Shown here in pieces: positions 49,601 through 62,924 of a stretch of 64,000 bases of DNA. The position numbers were made by a program, and so were the translations under genes. The notes under the pieces were generated by a model, which was not told the DNA's origin, made no database searches, and saw nothing but the letters and a program-made list of their open reading frames with translations. The stretch is from Glaucostegus cemiculus (lineage: Eukaryota), in NCBI GenBank assembly GCA_976551045.1, contig CDPCPM010000037.1:18352001-18416000 (forward strand). Direction: 5' to 3'. Numbering within the stretch: the first letter of the stretch is position 1; every line of letters begins with the position of its first letter.

Positions 49601-52566
49601 TGCATATAGTATACTTATTTACATTTTAAGGACTTAAGGATTCAGCCAACTGAACTGAGCTGAAGCAGATACTACTTCAGTTTTCAACTCCAAATAAAAA
49701 TGCTTTAGACGCAGTGTATTGTACTACCATCTCAGAGTTTATATACTGTACAATGCAACACTTGGCAAAGTCTAAGCTTTCTTGCTTAATGATATGTGAC
49801 TGGAGATTAGAGATGGGTGAAATACATGATACAGCTTTTCTTCAAGTCTAGTTTTCTTTAAAATTGCCTCCTTACTATTATGCTCACAGTCATACTTTAC
49901 ATTGTTAGCAGCCACCATCAGAAAATTGGTGCTGACAATCTAGCAGATTTTAGATAAGACTACAATAAGCTGCAAACAATTTGTTTCTGCTGTTAATTTT
50001 GGAAGCAAGATTTTCAAAACCCTGTTATTGTCTATAAAATCCTTGCCATAAACAGTCAATATTACAATTTGAATTCACTTAAGAAGCTGTGGCACTATGT
50101 GTAACATATACAGTAGTAAAATAAAACAATTAATACTATGCCAAGGTTTAAGTCAGCTTAAATTGGTTGTTGGTATTGCTCAGTCAAATAGAACAACAGT
50201 ACTTAAACTGTTTTAATTTGCTCACTTTGATCAGCTTTAATGTATAATCCTGAAATGTGTACGAAATCAAAAAAAAATTAAACCTTTTAAAAACACACAA
50301 TAGGAATAGTTCACAGGTTGTCATATTTAGCCTTTGTGTAGGGTAGATGTGCTTACATGTGTATAAAAGTTACAATGTTCAGTTTATTGGAGTTATAGTA
50401 TATATAAAGTTTTTACCAGCTAAGAAACATTCAAATAATTTGATCAAATTAAAAATAACCAATTGCATACACGTTTAAAAATGAATCCTTTGTGACTCTT
50501 CTCATGTTATGCATATTTCAATTTGAAATGTGACAAGTGTAGTGAGGTTAAACAAAGGCTTCCTGCTGACTACACTTACAGAAACCATGTGATTCTTTTC
50601 TTGCAAATGTAAATGGCTCCTTTATAGCTCGCAGGAGATATACAGTACAACACATGTTTTACGTCTCATCCTGTACTTGAATTTCATTATACAGTTGGAG
50701 TTTAATTAATATTTCACATCAGAAGTGAAGGATCTCATCTTTATTGTTACTCAAGCAGATAAATAAAACTCTATGTATTTATTTTCTCAAAGCTGTATAC
50801 AGTGGGCAGCATTGGTAGGACTTACACACTACTATTAATGAATTATCCCTTTTGTTATAATAACCATTTTAAGAAGGATTTCTACTCATGCAATCAGAAA
50901 AGATCTAAAATTCCTCAAAGCAAATTCACAAACTAAATGGATTTAGAAAACAACTTCTTTGATTTTAGTATGACAAATGCCCGGGCAACTGTGAGTGAAT
51001 AATGGGCTTCCTCTCTGCTGCAATGATAGGATTTGTTTCTCTAGGTTAAGTACTTTTTTTCACCGATTATTGACCATGCTCTCTGGAAAGCAAGAAGCTG
51101 TTTCAAACAGCTGTTCCTTTCTCACAGCTAATTGCTTTTTTTCCAGGTCTTTACTAGCAAGTCACCTGTTCCTGTCACTGTGTAATCAATGATAGAAATC
51201 AGCACTTTCCCACAAATCATGCAAACAAATCTGTGCAGAGCAAGTCGTAGAGTACACCTCCATCAAATTACCTGACGGCATTGTAAACACTTTGCCAAAT
51301 GGCTTTGAATTAAAACACAAAACAGCTAAAAGATACCCTGTATCCCATCTATTTTATATTGAGCAATAAAGTATTCATGCACATAAAATCCTGCTTTTTT
51401 AACACAAGCGTTTAGCTAGAAATGTGCAATTGTTAAAATAGCAAAATCTATGGAACTTACAATTTATATAATGATTTTTCTTCTGTAGAATTAATAATTT
51501 TGTATGACATATTTGAGAGAAGATGTGGCACAGCTTACAAGAGTAAATGAAACATTATTTAAAGTTAAAGTGAAAAAAGAAACTTTAGGGGACCAAAGAA
51601 ACATTTTAGTAGTTAAGTACAAATTCTATTAGACTATATTTTAATAAGAAATATGTTAATTTTTGTAATATTGCCAAGTAAGAAATGCATATCAGCTGAA
51701 TTACATTTCAGCATAATTACACAAATATTTTTTTATATCCAAGCAACATTTCTAAGGATTTTGTTTTTTGAAGTATTCCTGTAAATGCTCTGGATGCTTT
51801 CATGATTCATTACTTTCCTGCCTAAACTGCACGGAATGAGTTTTCTAAGATCATGGACCCAGGGCAGAGAACACAGAAAAGCAAGAAGCAAAATCAACAA
51901 TGGAACCAAAGAATACTCTCATCTTTCTTTGTAAAAATACTCTCGTCTTTCTTTGTAAAAATGTCTCATTGCGAGACCTGATATATCAAATGCAAAAGTC
52001 TTCTACAGAAGACTTCTACAGAAAGAACATGAAAAAGTCACCTTTGATTCTATATCGATGTAACTTATCTCCGTGTTACGCAGTTCTGTATCATTAAGAG
52101 CTTGATAGTTCAAACAAAACAAACAACTGACATATCAAAGCATCACCAAAATCTTTTTTTTACTTGAGAGTGCACAGATCAACTTTGTTGAGAGGGTATT
52201 TCTGAAATTAGTGTGAGTTGATTACTCTTTTCAAAATTATTCACAGGAAGACGTTGACAACAAAACTAGACAAGGAAAAGGAGGTCCACAAGATATCGCT
52301 AAAGTGATGTAAATTAAACCTGAAGTGTCTTCTATTGACAAACAGATCAGCTGTGTCCGTACACAGCTCTGAGAATAGAAGGGATCCAACAATATACTGT
52401 TTGTAGCTGTAAATTAAGCTCTCTCTAAGCTGTCCCAGTTAAACAATTTGTTTCTCCCAACAAGGCAGGGCAAGCAGTTTCAGTTATATTTATCAGACTT
52501 CAACAGAGGCCAAGAACACAAGCTTTGTCTTCCTTTGTCAGTAGGAGAACATTAATATTGACTTAC

Positions 52567-52800
52567 CTTTTCCCCACAGCTATTGTCCACCTCGGTGAAA
52601 TGACATCACGGAAAGCAATAATGAAATCTACAGCAGGGGCTGGGCCACGGCAGTCCACAACGGAGCATGAGACATGTGGTGGTTGAATTAAATATTTGAT
52701 ACTCCAGTGTGTTGCATAAGCCTGCTAAAGGCTGTGTGTCATTTACTTAATGACCAGTCTCATTAGTTAGATTGCAGAGAAGGCTTGATGCATTTTCTGT
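52567..52800 (-). other. myt1: Candidate myt1 upstream non-coding exon (5' boundary uncertain)
   Basis: Consensus donor GAAAAG|gtaagt, local CpG retention, non-repetitive; possible internal acceptor ctgtag| at 52627. Confidence 0.5.
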
Positions 52801-55002
52801 GTAAATACACTACCCATAAACCCTTGGGGTTGCAATATATCTGTTTACTCTATGAGGAGAAATGAATTTACTGTATACTACCTAATAGGTGGTCCTTGAA
52901 ATTTATACATCTCAGAACCATAGTTTCAAATATCCTGGAATCACTGAGTTTTAAAAAAGGACACATCACTCTGTTGGTTAATACATCCGATCTGATTGAA
53001 ATTTAAGCTGTAAGATTACTTATTTCGATTTATGATTTGAACTAAAAGCTTGTTAATGTCACACTGTCAACCTACCTCCTCTAACCATACTTGTGGTAGA
53101 GTCCTAGGATTCCTATTTGAAACACTGTAAGCGGCCCAGGATATGACAGATGCCCTAGGTTATCAAAGCTACTTCCTTTGTTGGCTTCAAACCTTATTAG
53201 AGGCAAAGGACAGCAGCCATTCATTAAGATCATTTGAGATTTGCATTCAAATGCCATTTTCTATCTCACTTTACCAGGTTGTGCATATATTAAGCTTCTG
53301 CAAGCCAATCTCCTCTTGCCAAAATTCTATTAAATTCTTATCTCTAAGCACCAGGCAGTATTATACATTGCACTTCTTTTGTTATGCATTATGGCTGAAA
53401 TCAATCAGCAATGTCGGGTGTGGATCAGCTGTATCATGCCATTTTTAAAAGAATAACAAAGAAACAAACAACCTAGCAAAGACCACAGTGCTATATGCGC
53501 AGAAGCAAGTTTCAACTAAAAGGACTAGAAGCATTAAAACTTTGCTTTCCTATAGTATACTTTTAACTCACATTCATAAAAATGATTGCACAGTTGTACA
53601 AACAATTGTTGGAATGAGGGCAGAGAAAGACAATGTACAATTCTGTACTAAATCACATTTAAGAAAGAATCTGAAGTGAGTCATGAATTTAAATAAAAAT
53701 AATTACAGCACAAACATTAAACTGTATTACTGTATCTACTCAAGTAGAAATTTAGGGCTGAGTGTGTAAAATTTGTTTAAAAAATATCAGTATAGCTAAA
53801 AGAAAATTTCTTCAGAACAGACACCTTGGACAGCTCCCCCATTCTGCGTACTGTCAGCTGAGTACAGGACAAAGACATGGTTCAGCACTTCAGTCAGCTC
53901 CAGGCTTTTCTACTTAGTGCACAGAGCTCAAGTTGCCACTGTAAACATGATTTCAATTCAAAGGATTTTGTTACTATTAACAATGAGAAAGTATACATAT
54001 TACAATTGATGGACTACTGAAGCTAGAGGGTTTACAAAGGTTTGATTTAAAAAAATCTTAAACTTTTTAAAAACTTGTTATTTGTCCTCATCTGGTTATT
54101 TAAGTATTTTACAAATAAAAGAGAACTTTTAAGCAAGCAAAACATATTTACAATAATTAAATAATGCTTTGGTGAAAATACTAACGTCAGTAAGTTGAGA
54201 AGTATTATAAACACTTATTTAATAACTTTATTTGCAATAATTTTATGTTCTTAAGTTTTAATAGTTCAGAGGTAGAGTTGTGCCCATGTGTTGAAAAGTA
54301 CAATTATTGAGGTTTTCTGGTTAACTCTCACTAATTTGCTTACATTCAAAGTGCTTTTCTCCAGTTTTTAAAGATGAAGTATTTAAGTTTGAAACTTTCA
54401 CAAAATGTTATTATTACTTTAAAGGAGCTTATATATCTACAAAAGTTCTATCAGTGGTGTCAAATGTATTTTACTGAAAATATTGGTATTAAAATGAATC
54501 CATGTACTGCTGATAATTTATTTTGGTTTTATAACTGCTAAATGAAACATACTCAGAACAAGCTCTGAGTTAAAAACTTTTTTGCATAGTTAATTAAGGA
54601 AGCTCCTTCAATTACCAGCTGGAACTGAATTCATTTTTCTTGTTAGTCTTACAACAGATTTCAAACCTATGCAGATGGGTAACCCTAATTCACCAGACTA
54701 CAATTAGTCCTGTTGTATGCTGGATGCAACTGGTCAGCATTAATATTGTATACGTAACAGCTGAGCATTTGGAATGAAACCTGCCCGTGGCAGACCCTGG
54801 CAGATGGAAGCAGCATACAGAAACTTTTAATAAGCCTTCAGGCTAACATTGTCTTAATGATCCCTGTCAGGCGCATATCACAAACACTGAGGAGACAAAA
54901 CTTCTTTGTCTGAACTCCATGAACAATATTATATTCCTTTCATTTTTTTTCAGTACAAAGAATGGTTTTAAGAAAACTAACAGTTAAATTAAGTGTTGCA
55001 CG

Positions 55003-55320
55003 CAAGCTGTCCCTGGGTAACGAACAGGTTCCAATTCTACAGATGTCCATAAGTTGATTTTGTTTGTAAGTCAGAAAATACACACAAATCACTCGATATG
55101 GTAACCATACCTCTACTGTATTGTAATGAATGGCATCAAAAGCACCTAAGACCGCTATGAAAGAACAATTACTAAAAGTGGAGAGAGAGAGAGAGAGGAA
55201 ACTAGTTCTGCCGTTTGTAGGAATGAACGTGTGCCGAACTTTTGAATTTTATATTATAGGAGCTCGTTCATATGTAAGGAGTGTCCATGAGTTGAGGATC
55301 CGTAACCCGAGGACAGTCTG
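55003..55320. mobile_element. Tc1/mariner (Tigger-like) MITE, ~318 bp
   Basis: Imperfect TIRs caagctgtccctgggtaacgaa / tccgtaacccgaggacagtctg followed by ta. Confidence 0.65.
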
Positions 55321-58300
55321 TATCCCCATTGTGCAAGACTATGAATCTACGCACCTCGCAGTATAAATTAACATTATTCAAATAACACAAAAATTATCTA
55401 AAGTAGGTTTCACGAAGACATCAGTCTGAGACTATAAAATAATGGAATGATCAGATCAAAAGTACATAACTTATATTGTCCAGCACAGCACAAAAGAAAT
55501 TGATATTATTCCATTTAGCAACTGCATAAAATATCTCAATTAAGTACAAATGATACTCTGAGCAATAAAACTTGCATATTTTTAAATCCCTCTAGCCTGT
55601 GCAAAGCCCAGAACTGACAATGCTGTTATAAGAGAAAAGATTGTAAGTTAAGTAAATGATTTATGTTTTCTACCAACCAAGAAATGTTCCACACAGCTTC
55701 ATTCTTGCTAGTCTCTGTATATCTGGAAGAACAGTGCAGAAGTGAGTATCATTCCTGGAAAGTTTCTGCCAAGTGCATACAACTTATCAGTTGAAGGGGC
55801 AGCGTGGCCTGACAGCTGCACCAATCACAGCCAATTTTGCACATAATTAAAATTCAATGCAACAGACTGAGAGCCAATCCTGTTACAGCAATACTGTGTA
55901 CACAACACAATTGTCATTCAAGATGAATACAATACGAAAACCTACAGATTCACCATAGACTTTAAAACTTCTATTTTGTTGTTTGTTGATTTTAGGTTTA
56001 CAAAGGCTCACATGGCAGCTCCCCAGGACACGGCACACACACAGTTGAACGCAAAGTCACCACATTCTCACTTGACATCCTACTTTATGTCAGTATTGGG
56101 ACACCTTACCAAGATAGATTTAATCCCGAATTTCTTCTTTGTTTGTTGCATAAAACACAATTGCACACAAACATCTTGAAAGAAAAGACAAATCAGATTC
56201 ATGCAGCCATATTTCTAGTTGTATGTTTTCTGTGACATATGTCCTGCTAAATAGATGCTAGCTTCACTTCATTTAAATAAGATGGAATTGTACTCCTCTA
56301 CAACAGATGGCTCAGGAGATAATGATGGCTGAGCACAGGAGATTGAATAGCCCTGACTCTGTTGCTATGGCAGAAGCTAAATGTGTAATGGATGCAGTGC
56401 TTATTAAATTTGCTTGCTCTGTGCTTTCTGCTTCCTGAATGAATGAGCTCTGTGAAAGAGGCATGGCCAGATAATGTCTCTGGATAGATTTTTTTAAATC
56501 AAAATCTCATAACACCAGATACCTTTAATTTTATTGCCAAAGTGAATGTCATCAACCTATAAACTTCTCCAGCCCCTCAAGGCCTCTTACCCCTGCTGCA
56601 CCCTTTGACAGAGTAACTTAGAAGACTAAAAAGAAATCATAAGTGCCAAAAGGCATTGTAGCAGTATCTGATGCATTTGTGACATGGCAGGGAGACATCA
56701 AGCCCCCTAACAGGCTGTGTAAATATGAGCTCTGGCAAAGAGTAAATACAGACAACACTCTACAAACAGAGCCCAATTACAATGACAAAAGCCTGCCACA
56801 CTTATGGGAGGAGCTCTCTATCCCGGACCACAGGCCATTGAGTGCGCGGCATACTTAATAGGCTTTCTACAGAAACCTGGGCTTCCATTACCAGCTGTCA
56901 CTATAGAATATCAAAATGATCCAGACTGTGGATTTACAGACAGCCAGTCAAAGGGAGCAATTAATACAAAAACAAATGAAATAAGCACAATTTAGTGATT
57001 GTGTCCAATGATAAATCAAAAGCAACTAGCAAAATTTAGTCACTCAAGGACAGTACTCAAATCAGCACTTTACAGCAGACAAAATAAAGTATTGTATGAG
57101 TTTATCATGATCCTTTGTGAAAATGTCACTTGCTTCATAGCCAAGACATACATACTTGGTGCACATGTAAAGCTTAGTCAGTTCTCTTAAGACTTACAAT
57201 CAATATTTCATAAGAAGTACATGATTGAATCTTGTTACCCACTAAACATTTTTAAATTAATGTACTAAAAATAATTCTTCAAATAGATTGCTTACCATCT
57301 TAATGAGTTTTTGATTTCCTAAAAGAAACAAAGGCTGCTCCTTAATGGAGTGAATGTGCTGTGTTTTCAGAAAATTACCACAGCTTTTAGAAAGAGCCAA
57401 ACTTTACTGCCAGCTTCATTTAAAAGAATGAAATTGCTGCTGTATTAGTTGTAGTGACACATAATCTGTTTGATAGTCTTGCTGTTAAGCCCTATAAATC
57501 AGCTTAGCAGATGTCCTAAAGTAATGTGGCACACTTCAGAGAAAAAATTACGTTCTTTTAAATTTCAGTCATGGAAGAAAGTGAATTAAGACTGTCACCC
57601 TATGAGCCAATGGCAATTATTCTAACAACGCCTCCTTCCTACTATCCACCGCCTTCCATTCTATCCCCTCCTCTCGATAAAAATTCAGAGCAATCAACAC
57701 AGACCAAAACATAATGCCTCACCATGTGTTCATCTTGAGTTTTAGGATTACCATCTACAAGCAAGGGGAAACCCCAGGGAAAATAATGCCTCCAAATAAA
57801 TGGTCATTGTCCAGCCACCTGGACACCCTGAGTCAGCATACTCATGTACTACAGGGGATTTAGGTGGCCACACATGCAAGTCTTAACTTTAACTGAGCCA
57901 AGCATTTTGACATCTGTATGCAAATCACATTCTGTGATGGAGTTTGGTGTCAGAGTACTTTATACAGAGGTGCAATACTGAGCCAGTGTTTTAACAGTTT
58001 TCAGGTTTTCATTATGTTTTTGTTGTGGCTTTTTATTCTCTATGTTGTGTTTTACATGTAATGTTATTACTCTGCTTCAACCGAGACAGTTGTGTTCCCT
58101 CTAACAGTATTTTATTTTCTTATTTCTTTAATTTATTCAAATTCTTAAAACGCAACTACCGGACTTTTATCCATTTTCGCAGAAGGCACTCAAAATACAA
58201 CATGAATTATTCATCACAACTGTACTGAAGCCAGCTTCTTCTCTAAAGTGTTGTGTTCTAATGCATTTTTGGGGTAGAGCTATTTTTCTTCCTTTAATGG

Positions 58301-58486
58301 TGTTTTATACCCCTAAGACCATAACTAACAATTACTGTAATCACAGAAATAAATTTAAAAAACATGAAAATTAATCTCTAAACAAGTAAGCTGTTTTATC
58401 TACAATCAGATATAGATAGCATATTAATGGTTGCTTTACGTTAAACTGTGATCTTTGAAACTTTTTTTTGGGTGGGTGGATAGGTG

Positions 58487-60090
58487 TTAGAACTTAGAAT
58501 TTAGAACAGTACAGCACAGGAACAGGCCCTTCAGTGCACCATGTTGTGCCGAACTAATTAAACTAGTAATTAAATGCCTAGCTAAACTAATCCTTTCTGC
58601 CTACACAATGTCCATATCCCTCCATTCTCTGCACATTCATGTGCCTATCTAAGAGCCACTTAAATGCCTCTATCATATTTGACTCCACCACCAACCAGGC
58701 ACCGCATTCCAGGCACCCACCACTCTCTGTGTAAAAAACTTGCCCTGCATGTTTCCTTTGAACTTATCTGCTCTCACTTTAAATGCATACCCTCTAGTAT
58801 TAGACATTTTGATGCTAGGAAAAAGATACCGGCTGTCTATGCCTTTCATAGTCTTATAAACCTCTATCAGGACTCCCCTCAGCCTCCGCCCCTCCAGAGA
58901 AAACAACCCAAGTTTGTCCAACCTCTCCTTATAGCACGTGCCTTCTAATCCTGGCGGCATCCTGGTAACCCTCTTCCACACTCTCTGCAAAGCCTCCACA
59001 TCCTTCCTATAATGAGGCAAGCAAAATTGAATGCAATGCTCCAGATGAGGCCTAACTAGAGTTTTATAATGCTCCAAAACTCAATGCCTCAACTAATAAA
59101 GCAAGCATGACATATGCCTTTTTTACCACCCTATCAACCTGTGCAGCCTATTTCACGGAGCTATGAACTTGGACCCCAAGATCCCTCTGTTCAACAACAC
59201 TGTTAAGGGTCTTGCCATTAACAGTGTACTGTTCCTTTACATTTGATCTCTCAAAGTGCAAGACCTCACATTTGGCCAGATTAAACTCTATTTTCCATTC
59301 CTCCACCCATATCTGCAACAGATCTATATCCCACTGTATCCTTTGGCAATCGTCTACACTATCCATAACACCACCAATCTTTGTATTGTCAGCGAATTTA
59401 CTAACCCACCCATCTATACTTTCATCCAGGTCATTTATTTATATATCACAAACAGCAGAGGTCTCAGTATGGATCCCTGTGGAACACCACTAGTCATGGA
59501 CCTTCAGCCAGAATAAGTCCCATAGACCACTACCCTCTGTCTTCAATGAGCAAGCCAATTCTGAATCCAAATGGCCAAGTCACTGCGAATCCCATACATC
59601 TTATGGATGAGCCTCCCATGAGGGACCTTGTCAAATGCCTTACTAAAATCCATGCAGACAACATCCACAGCTCTACTTGCAGCAATAATGTTTGTCACCT
59701 CCTCTAAAAACTCAATCAAGTTAGTAAGACATGACTTGCCCTGCACAAAGCCACGCTGACTGTTGGTAATGAGGCCATGGTTTTCCAAATGCTCATAAAT
59801 CCTATCTCTAAGAATCCTCTCCAACAGCTTCCCTACCACTTCCCTGTCACTGGTCGGTAGTTTCCAAGATTATCCCTATTTCCTTTGTTGAATACCTGTC
59901 CTCTGGGGCCTCATCTGTGGCTAGTGAGGAAACAAAGATCTTGGTCATGGGCCCAGCGATCTCATGTCTTGCCTCTCTCAATAACTTGGGGTATATCCCA
60001 TCAGACCCTGGGGACTTATCCACTTTAATGTTCTTTAAAGGACCCAACACTACCTCCTTCTTTTATCTCAAAATAGCCTCGCATATCAGC
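58487..60090 (-). mobile_element. 5'-truncated CR1 LINE, RT with frameshifts
   Basis: KSPG.DGIYP.LL, GKSCLTNLIEF, MDFSKAFDKVPH, YKTLVRPHLE motifs; (ttctaa..)n tail. Confidence 0.93.
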
Positions 60091-62479
60091 ACACTTCACA
60101 CTAATCTCTTTTTTGATAACATTGCTTAAATTCTTAAAGTCTTACTTTGTTATGTGACTTTTCATGCACCACGTGCTCTGAAAATGAAAAGAACAATTAT
60201 AATCTACCCATTTCTGCCAATAGTTTTGTAAAATTGTTTACATAATTTATATTGTTAGATTCAGAATGGGAAATAAAGAGGTAAACTGGAAATTGAAAAT
60301 AAGAAATGAAAATTAAAGAATAACCAAGTTAGAAATATCCTGCAGATTTGTCTGCATGCAAAAAGACATGTTACTGATGTGAGTGGTGATTTTCCAACAG
60401 AACTGGGTTGAAATGTTGGTCTATATTTTCTAATTTCAGCTGCTGATGGGCATGCTATTGGCTTCCACACTTACAATTTTGACTCACTGCAGTTTGAGAT
60501 GTATGGTAACTCACTGTTATGATACAAGAACACAAATGAAACTAAATCACTACTTGGTATTCGTAACACAAAAGCAATAAATATTTACTGGGAATATTTT
60601 TGGGTCCAACACGTCCATGCATAAGGACCACTGGGAAATGGCCTTCAGATCTCATAAGCTGCCTGTTTAAGGGAAATAATCAGCAAGAGGCATCATGGCC
60701 CTCATTCAAATATTCAAGACTGAAGGTCTAGTTTGGAATTAAATTAAATGGTGCAGAAAGAGCATACTTTCAATTACCTTTAGTTAATATTTAAAGGGAT
60801 GATACCCATTTTGCAAAAGTTTTGCCTACTTTTTGCTTGACTTATTAGAATTGATTCTGGGGTGAAGGAAAGTGGGATTTGGAAGTACATCACCTCAGCC
60901 CAGAAAGGATTTTGTTTGGCTGTGTTTATAACAAGGGCAGACAAGGGTACACAGTAGAAACCTTAGAAAAAGTAATTTCTCAGAAAAAGACTGCAGCATT
61001 ATAAAGCAATTTTGATAAGGAAAATTGAATATTCTAAAGCAACTGTTTTAGTTACACAATCACATAAATAGCTAATTCTAAGCAGTCCAATGAAGGGAAA
61101 GATCTGTGTTCAGATCATTACTAAATATTTCTGTTGCACAAGCAATGTTTTTAAATAGATTTGGTTATGAAAATGTAATCAATATGAAATGTTCCAGATA
61201 TAAATTGCAAAAGGTTCTCAATAATATTAGAATCTGAAATTTATTCTGGGTAATGATGGTTCAGCAACTCTCAGAAAATGGCAGAATATGCACCTTTAGT
61301 TATGGATAGATCTAATTTTTCAATGACATTACCCTGGAGGTATAATATTTAAGTTACACAATCTCACACAAAAGCATAGCAAAAAAAAACTATTTTCCAG
61401 TATGTGGTGATAATGACCATGGCTTGAATTGTCAGGACTTTTTTTTGGAAAATCATCTTTAGCTTGCCTTGCATCTTTTGATTTTCCTTTCTGTTCACTT
61501 CATGAGACACTTCATTTTACATTATCAAATTCAGGTCTTTTAGACAAGAAATGCTTAAGTAACATAAAACTAGATTGTAAACTTGAAATTGCATATTTTA
61601 ATCTAAGAAAAAACACAACAGTAGAATGAGTGGCAACCTTAACCTTTAAGGAATACTGGATAAGGGGGAGGAGTGGAATTGCTCAACATTAGCACAAAAT
61701 GGGGTAATAGCTAGTCTACAGTACATTTCACAATCTGCCTCATCTTCTTCACTATTGAAGACAATAGCTAATGAAATTTGTGCGGTATAAAATGGATGCA
61801 CATTCATGATCAGTCAGTTGAGCTTTACTGAAGCTGACCAATTTCACACCCTAGAAATCAAAAGCATATACAAACTACAGGAAACAAAATAAATACACAC
61901 ATGGAATAATTTTTAAGTCTCTAAATGCCTGCTGGTGATACTATTTTCTAATATTGCTTGAAACAATATCTTAACCCAGTGTTGACTCAAGTAAAATAAA
62001 TAGTTTCACATTTGAGTTTGAAGAATGGACAAAGGAGGAAATGTGGGTGTTTTAAATGTTTGCCAATACTATCAACAGTAGTTTCTAAAATGGGAGAAAG
62101 GAAGGATTGGAAATACACTATTTGTCTTCAGAAAAAAGCTAAACAATCTACTTAAAAAAAACCTCAATGGATAATTGTCTGGAAGCAGCATCATTTTAAA
62201 AGAAGGGCTTATGTGTTTGGGATTGAAGGCTGAAGCCATCAACATTCTGTCTTAAATCAATATGAATGTTCTCCTTTGTAATGAAATCTAGAGAAAAGCC
62301 TTTAGTAGCAACATGATTATTATAACTTCATTACAAACAATTAATTGATGCAGTACTTCAATCCTTTGTAATACCATGCGATCTACATAGAGGAAACATT
62401 TTTAATCAGAGAGATGGGCTTCCCCTATGTCCAAAAGATTTTAGAGTATGCGGTTATATGATGTCCAAGGCACACACTT

Positions 62480-62740
62480 CACAAAGACAGAGCCATGAAG
62501 GAAAATTTTAGGGTAGGCCAGTGAATAGGGCATGTGTAAAGAAGTGCCTAAAGATGGAGAGACAGAGAATTGAACAGACTTAGAAAGGAGCTACTGCCCA
62601 GGCAGTCAAAGGCAATGGCTATAGAAACAGGGATGGAATTAGTGGGGCAGAGGAGAATTTTAAAATTGAGATCTGGGACAAACTGGAATGTGGAGAGATT
62701 AGGTTCTACATTTGCCTTGAGTTCTCTAATGGTCAGAGTC
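62480..62740 (-). mobile_element. Decayed L2-like fragment
   Basis: cccaggcagtcaaaggc..gagaattttaaaattgag resembles an L2 3' region. Confidence 0.45.
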
Positions 62741-62924
62741 ATTATTCATCATCCCCATGAATGTCGTCAGCTTTATGTTCACCTTTACTGATACTATCCT
62801 TCTAATTCCATTTAATTGACTGAATGTTAACGTTCACTTTATCAGCAATTCTAGTCTTTGTATCTCACATCCTCGGGATTCAGTTTTTTCTCTTTTATAC
62901 TGGTAATTTTTGTGAAGTATTATT

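Noticed and set aside
51913-52025. Short tandem duplications (24-bp and 13-bp units; another near 47700)
   Set aside because: Ordinary slippage products.
52349-52368. 8-bp hairpin agctgtgt-ccgt-acacagct overlapping an E-box
   Set aside because: Too short to separate from chance.
58673-60050. CR1 RT ORFs as an active or domesticated gene
   Set aside because: Multiple frameshifts, deletions and 5' truncation.
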